From Octopus bimaculoides (taxonomy: Eukaryota): 64,000 bases of DNA. Where the stretch lies: the NCBI RefSeq assembly GCF_001194135.2, contig NC_068993.1:3996315-4060314 (forward strand). Direction: 5' to 3'. Below are positions 63,243 through 64,000 of the stretch, piece after piece. Both the position numbers and the translations under genes were made by a program. Positions within the stretch are counted from its first letter, which is position 1, and every line of letters starts with the position of its first letter. The notes under the pieces were generated by a model. The model did no database searches, was not told the DNA's origin, and saw only the letters and a program-made list of their open reading frames with translations.

Positions 63243-64000
63243 CAAATTTGTATAGCCATGGTGGTTGTCAGGTTAAATTTCTGAACGTATGAGTATAATT
63301 TTAGGATTTTTGCGGTCATTTTAGGCGTGTGTGAGGTTTTGTGCTACACACAATATATAATAGTGTGTTCTATTTGTGTTTTAATGTAAACAGGTTTTAA
63401 TCCTGGTTGACAGGTCAGAGGTTTACAGTAGACAAGGTAATCAGTCACAAAAAGAATAGCAAATAATTGTAATTATATTATGTAAATATTTCAATCATAA
63501 ACAATCTCTGTCATCCTCACAAGCAGAAGCAATTCGATGCAAAATAGTAGGAACAAAAACTTAAAGTAAGAATGAATAGTTAATGGATTATGTGATTAAT
63601 TGCTAATATTAGAAAAGTTATGAAATTCTTATTAGAAAATTATGGTAACATTGTGAAACTATATTTTTATCCAAAACAAAATTGACATTTTTTGGAAAGC
63701 GTTCGTCTTATGTCGGGGACAGGTACTAAATTGAGAGTGAAGAATACTTGTATATATCGATTCATTGCATCACATGAATGGTTTTATTTTATTGAATCCT
63801 GTAGGATGAAACGCAAAGTTAGCCTCGGCAGAATTTGATCTCAACACGTAAAGGTTCGCACTAAGCTCCGATCTGATCTGGCAATATTTCTAAAGCTGGA
63901 TGCTCTTCCTAGAGCCAACCGTTCGGATGGTGCTTTTTACGTGCTGTATATGTATATATATGTATATATGTATATATATGTATATATATATGTATATATA

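Noticed and set aside
1-64000. CRISPR arrays, rRNA, bona fide tRNA genes, prokaryotic operons
   Set aside because: None seen. The tRNA-like A/B boxes all belong to SINE heads that lack a full cloverleaf, and the only exact long repeat has just two copies.

Overview
AT-rich, repeat-dense eukaryotic genomic DNA from a draft assembly with 13 N-gaps, nearly all bounded by microsatellites. The repeat content (tRNA-derived SINEs with CORE-like and Meta-like domains, R4/Dong LINE ends, mariner remnants, abundant TA/TG/TAA/GATA tracts) strongly suggests a coleoid cephalopod, most likely Octopus; this is inferred from recognised repeats, not from a database search. No complete protein-coding gene is recognisable, so the window is intronic or intergenic. 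Almost all ORFs in the supplied track are artefacts of simple repeats or N-runs. The real coding remnants belong to transposons: R4/Dong zinc-knuckle and RLE fragments, a Ty3/Gypsy gag fragment and mariner transposase fragments. A few splice-site-bounded exon candidates are listed at low confidence. The most interesting observations are: (1) three minimal type-I hammerhead ribozyme motifs, two with complete cores, each of those two lying head-to-head with a coding remnant; (2) two different Dong-like 3' ends stacked in one (TAA)n microsatellite; (3) modular domain and tail shuffling among SINE families; (4) a 24-bp hairpin; (5) a perfect 66-bp direct repeat.
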